A DNA stretch of 63,632 nucleotides, filler included, from Octopus bimaculoides (lineage: Eukaryota): NCBI RefSeq assembly GCF_001194135.2. It is 7 parts of 7 records of this genome, joined end to end, with 100 filler letters (N's around TTAATTAATTAA, not from the genome) between each part and the next. Parts side by side here need not be neighbours in the genome. Positions count along the whole stretch, not along the records: positions 62,348 to 63,632 come from NC_068990.1; 6 more parts are not named here. One strand, given 5' to 3'. The translations under genes and the position numbers were made by a program. Under the pieces are notes generated by a model. The model was not told the DNA's origin, did no database searches, and saw nothing but the letters and a program-made list of their open reading frames with translations. How positions within the stretch are numbered: the first letter of the stretch is position 1; the number at the start of each line of letters is the position of its first letter. Of the stretch, positions 62,723 through 63,632 are shown in pieces.

Positions 62723-63202
62723 TACATGCATACATGTATGTATGTATCTATGTATGTATGTATGCACGTATGCATGTGTATGTATGAGTGAATGAGGGAG
62801 CGATAACAATAATTGGAGAAGGGAAATGTGAATGAACATAAATTATTTGAATTTCTAATCTTTGTTTTGTTTTGTCTTGTTTTTTTCCCCCTATCTTGCA
62901 TGACATGTGTTATATAATAATTACAAGTCGAAGATGACTTTAACCTCGTGACCTTGTTGAGAATTCTGAAGCGATGGCGGAAAGGTTGTAAAACAAAAAC
63001 GAAAAAATAAAATAAAATAAAGGATTTGATAACGAGGCCGATGGAACGATAAAATGTCTCTAAGGACGCATGCACCGACTTTTTATGTAAGTGGTATGAA
63101 TTGATTTTGAGTGGGAAAATAGCGTAATATAGAAGCAGAGGTCAAAGTCATCATATCGTGATATATGTGAAAATTATCATTTAAGTCTCCACCCATGATA
63201 AG

Positions 63203-63204
<2 letters not shown>

Positions 63205-63233
<29 letters not shown>

Positions 63234-63632
63234 GAGTGAGAGAGCAATGCATGCCATCAAAGTGACGTTGGGGTACAAATATACGAAGCCCAGTAAACCC
63301 ATCATGACTACCCGTTTGATAAGGGTACACCAGGCACATGCATCGTAACCATATGTGCACGACGTGGTGATCTCATATCAAGATAAACAGCGCATGACCT
63401 TGCAGGTGGGACCCAGTTAGAATTTTCTTCAGGTCAAGTAGCCCATCCCGCTCAAAAGGTCCCTGAATAAGGTTTGTTTAAGGATGTTGAGCAAAACACC
63501 CATGTTTCCAAAGGTGAATTATTCAAACCCCAAAGAATTCCTTTCAACACATGGCTATGATGCTCCCTCACTACTTCTGCTCATGATCAGAGATGCACAT
63601 ATCGTCAGCCACCAAGGGACATACTCAACTGG
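63205..63632 (-). mobile_element. SINE/LINE 3' portion with (AAT)n tail
   Basis: Higher-GC unique body ending in an AAT-repeat tail on the minus strand; truncated by the window edge; family not identified. Confidence 0.5.

Overview
AT-rich, gap-riddled eukaryotic genomic DNA, most likely from an octopus (inferred from octopus-type tRNA-derived SINEs and very dense TA/CA/GA/ATC microsatellites). No host protein-coding gene can be supported with confidence; nearly all ORF-track entries are microsatellite or N-gap artefacts. The window is a transposon mosaic: a Helitron remnant with a Pif1 helicase C-terminus (6.1-7.7 kb), a decayed mariner (10.1-11.3 kb), an internally deleted piggyBac (34.5-36.5 kb), RTE, Tx1-like and probable CR1/L2 LINE fragments, several MITEs, a 1.5-kb foldback element and dozens of SINEs. 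The most interesting signal is RNA-level. Several short non-coding repeats carry minimal hammerhead-ribozyme motifs of the Penelope/retrozyme type, all on the + strand. One of them (45.5-45.7 kb) fuses a tRNA-derived Pol III head to a near-canonical hammerhead, a candidate ribozyme-bearing SINE. All structure calls are by eye; coordinates of decayed repeats are approximate.
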